Positions 62,001-64,000 of a stretch of 64,000 nt of DNA are shown here, one piece after another. The notes beneath the pieces were generated by a model. It was not told the origin of the DNA, ran no database searches, and saw only the letters and a list, made by a program, of their open reading frames with translations. The stretch is from assembly GCA_002269645.1 (NCBI GenBank), contig NIVC01003276.1, positions 1 to 64,000 of the forward strand, written 5' to 3'. The stretch is from Macrostomum lignano (lineage: Eukaryota). How positions within the stretch are numbered: position 1 is the first letter of the stretch; each line of letters opens with the position of its first letter. The translations under genes were made by a program, and so were the position numbers.

Positions 62001-63933
62001 ACGAGGTTCGGCACCACCTTCTTGGTCTCCTCGGATGGCACCGCGGTGCCCATCGGGTCTGTGGCGCGGTAGTATCTCACCAGCCACTGCTGGATGCCTC
62101 TGGCCTCCAGCGGAGGCGACCAAGTCACCTCGATCTGCTGGCCCTGAAGCGCTCGGGCCTGCACGTTCACCGGCTTACCTGGCGCTGTTTTTGGGGATTT
62201 AAGGGAGAGTAAATTGCTATGGTAATTTTTAATATGTAGGCTGGGTGAAACTTTGTCGAAATGCCTTGCCCACATCACTCCCTCACCCACCTTACTCCTT
62301 CACTCACCTCACTCCCTCACCCACCTCACTCCTTCACCCACCTCACTCCTTCACCCACCTAACTCCTTCACCCACCTCACTCCCTCACCCACCTCACTCC
62401 TTCACCCACCTAACTCCTTCACCCACCTCACTCCTTCACCCACCTCACTCCTTCACCCACCTAACTCCTAACCTCACTCCTCCATCAACATCACTCCTCC
62501 ATCAACCTCACTCCATCCATCAACATCACTCTTCCATCAACATCACTCCTCCATCAACCTCACTCCTTCATCAGCCTCACTCCGCTACCTAGCTCACCCA
62601 TACACCAAACCCCACCTTCAAATGCTTTTGTTTAAGCAAACGCGAACACGAATAAACCAATCGATAGACTCTGACTAGAGTTTAGTAAAAGTTTCGCCGA
62701 GCAGAAAAATAAAACAATAATAACATTTCTTGTTAAAATAGTTTAAGAAAGGTCAAAACCTAAAAAAATCTAGTAAGATATTGCTAGTGAAGAATTCCAT
62801 CCGCTATGAACACGGGACAAAGTTAAACGTCAGCACATCAACTATAGGACCAGAACAATAGGAACTTATAAATATTGGGATAATACACAAAATACGCTGA
62901 ACCGTATAGGCCTTTTCTTCAAGGCTATCAAAACAAAAATATTGTGTAACTACATGTAGAGCTACAAAATGGCCACTTAGGCATATATACTTAGCAAAAC
63001 AGCTTTCTACTTACAGTTCAGTAGCAATGAAGAATACATAAAGCTATTTTATAAGAATAAAGGCAGCTGAAATGACTTTGATAAGTTTAGAAGCCCAAGC
63101 AGACGTAAACAGCTTGCTAATTGGTTCAGCCATAATGTACATTAGCCACTGCAATGTACATGGCAGATTTAGGCTGGAACAGCCGAGAAAGGCAATTAAA
63201 ATTGGGTGGCGGGGCAGGGGTAGAGGTTCCGTGTGGAGTTGAGAGTTTAAGCTCGGGGTGGGTAATAGCCAATAAATGAGCCTTGTCTTTAAAATACATT
63301 AAAATTCTTCAGTTAAACTTACTACTGAACTGAAAGTAGCTGACACGCAAATTTGCTGAGTGGCCTAGTGATCTAGTGATCTAGTATGTGTGTGTAACTA
63401 GGCATGTGCTTTTCCAACTGGTCAGGGAGTTCATTTTTTTAAGCCCTATATTCCCAATAATGAAGCAGGTATATCGAGAAAGAAATGCTCTAAAATAATT
63501 AAATTTCATCCTCCAGTACCAGTGGTCTAAGCGATGTACACTACACAGACTGCATGTACATTGTCTCGAAACACGCGTAAGGGCTGCTCTGATTGGCTGA
63601 GCTCTGACAGACCTGAGACCAGCGTCCGAAAGCGCACGGGCCCGGAGGCGACCCCCTGGCCAACAGCAGTTCTGGCGCTCAGCCAGGCCTCATAGCCTGT
63701 CAGAGGCGCCAATGGCGCTAGATTAGCGCATCTGGATTCGGCGCTGACATTTAAAATGCCGCCAAAAAGGACGCCAAGACGAGTGTCGCTATTGCTTAGC
63801 AACGGTTGCCAGGCTACAGTGTAGCCAAGGAGGCGGCCATTCCAGTTGCGCCTTGGTGGTGGCTGCCAGCAGAGGCTGGCCATGCGGCTGTCAATGTAGC
63901 CGACCTTCACCGATGCCGGAGGCGCGCTGGGGG
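44099..63933 (-). CDS. Lar: LAR-family (type IIa) receptor protein tyrosine phosphatase, 5' partial. Exons 63933-63613, 62184-61858, 57657-57331, 56647-56367, 55351-54711, 54013-53575, 53123-52873 (TM), 50638-50268, 48582-48062, 46951-46604, 45888-45203, 44303-44099
   Basis: FN3 repeats, TM helix, [18 protein letters not shown]1 [42 protein letters not shown] / WPDHG / [11 protein letters not shown]2 [11 protein letters not shown] / WPEQG / [10 protein letters not shown]. All 11 introns are GT-AG with consistent phases. Confidence 0.96.
44330..45112. repeat. Compound intronic minisatellite (22-, 13- and 37-bp units)
   Basis: gactgagggacgaatctttgat; ttagggacgaatc; gactgagggacaaacctcaaatgactgaatctaccat. 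Confidence 0.9.
45918..46487. repeat. 21-22 bp intronic minisatellite
   Basis: tttgatgcggtccagtttgtg variants. Confidence 0.9.
47030..47235. repeat. 22-bp intronic minisatellite
   Basis: aggatgaggattctgtagttt(a/g). Confidence 0.9.
48625..49630. repeat. 36/39-bp intronic minisatellite
   Basis: atcatccgaaatgagtcaccaatcaatgaaaagttc. Confidence 0.95.
50066..50260. repeat. 16-bp minisatellite, inverted partner of 53128-53535
   Basis: (cccacctgaatcattc)n on the plus strand. Confidence 0.92.
50686..51893. repeat. 9-bp purine-rich minisatellite
   Basis: (gagatgagg)n. Confidence 0.95.
52347..52770. repeat. GAGAG/GAGAA low-complexity array
   Basis: Direct reading. Confidence 0.92.
53128..53535. 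repeat. 16-bp minisatellite, inverted partner of 50066-50260
   Basis: (gaatgattcaggtggg)n on the plus strand. Confidence 0.93.
54043..54553. repeat. 55-bp intronic tandem repeat, about 9 copies
   Basis: gacaggtgagtcttgagacaccctcgggacacatggcaactgattgagtctcatt. Confidence 0.95.
55415..55872. repeat. 19-21 bp purine-rich minisatellite
   Basis: gaggtgaggtgagagcgga variants. Confidence 0.9.
56725..57235. repeat. About 30-bp intronic minisatellite
   Basis: atccttcagtgggatgtcacctacaccctc. Confidence 0.9.
57331..57787 (-). CDS. Putative alternative first coding exon of a short LAR isoform with its own signal peptide
   Basis: aaataATGG then [21 protein letters not shown]..., open and in frame through the internal acceptor at 57657. 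Confidence 0.6.
57968..57995 (-). promoter_or_regulatory. Possible internal promoter elements (CCAAT and GC-box-like) upstream of the alternative ATG
   Basis: attgg 57968-57972 and cgcccc 57990-57995, about 180-210 nt upstream of 57787. Short motifs, weak evidence alone. Confidence 0.3.
58550..59200. repeat. CT/CACT low-complexity tract
   Basis: Direct reading. Confidence 0.9.
59946..60565. repeat. 31-bp minisatellite with a 94-bp trimeric higher-order unit
   Basis: gagaagtagcccatgtgaggtagacagtgat; a 31+32+31 block repeats near 60010, 60104 and 60198. Confidence 0.88.
61300..61725. repeat. Degenerate 20-21 bp minisatellite
   Basis: gagatttggataagtagggt. Confidence 0.8.
62272..62580. repeat. 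17-bp minisatellite
   Basis: cactccttcacccacct, grading into ccatcaacatcactcct. Confidence 0.88.
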
Positions 63934-64000
63934 CTGTTTATTTGTTTATTTGTTTATCTGTTTAATTTATTTGTTTGTCCGTTTATTTGTTTATTTGTTT

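Overview
Repeat-rich animal (invertebrate-like) genomic DNA with spliceosomal GT-AG introns. The minisatellite-filled introns are reminiscent of the flatworm Macrostomum, but the species cannot be established from this window. 1-21 kb is a transposon cluster: a frameshifted Helentron/Helitron2-type Rep-PIF1 helicase ORF, a mariner remnant, a spliced RGG + CCHC zinc-knuckle ORF, a 4.7-kb non-autonomous Helentron-like element holding a ~52-bp hairpin+CTAG satellite, a degenerate Mag-like Ty3/Gypsy element and a MULE fragment. A 1.4-kb CpG-free, TpA-rich block follows, then a two-exon pICln (CLNS1A) gene and two large satellites (33 bp; 20 bp, ~6.4 kb). On the minus strand lie a divergent kinesin-14 with an unresolved upstream ORF and 12 exons of a LAR-family receptor tyrosine phosphatase that runs off the right edge. 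Best leads: (1) an in-frame signal-peptide first exon hidden in a LAR intron; (2) inverted 16-bp arrays bracketing the LAR transmembrane and juxtamembrane exons; (3) a satellite built from Helitron-terminus-like units inside a head-to-tail Helentron junction; (4) a RIP-like CpG-to-TpA signature; (5) minisatellites next to the 3' splice site in 10 of 11 LAR introns. All coordinates and counts were read by eye; no database searches were run.
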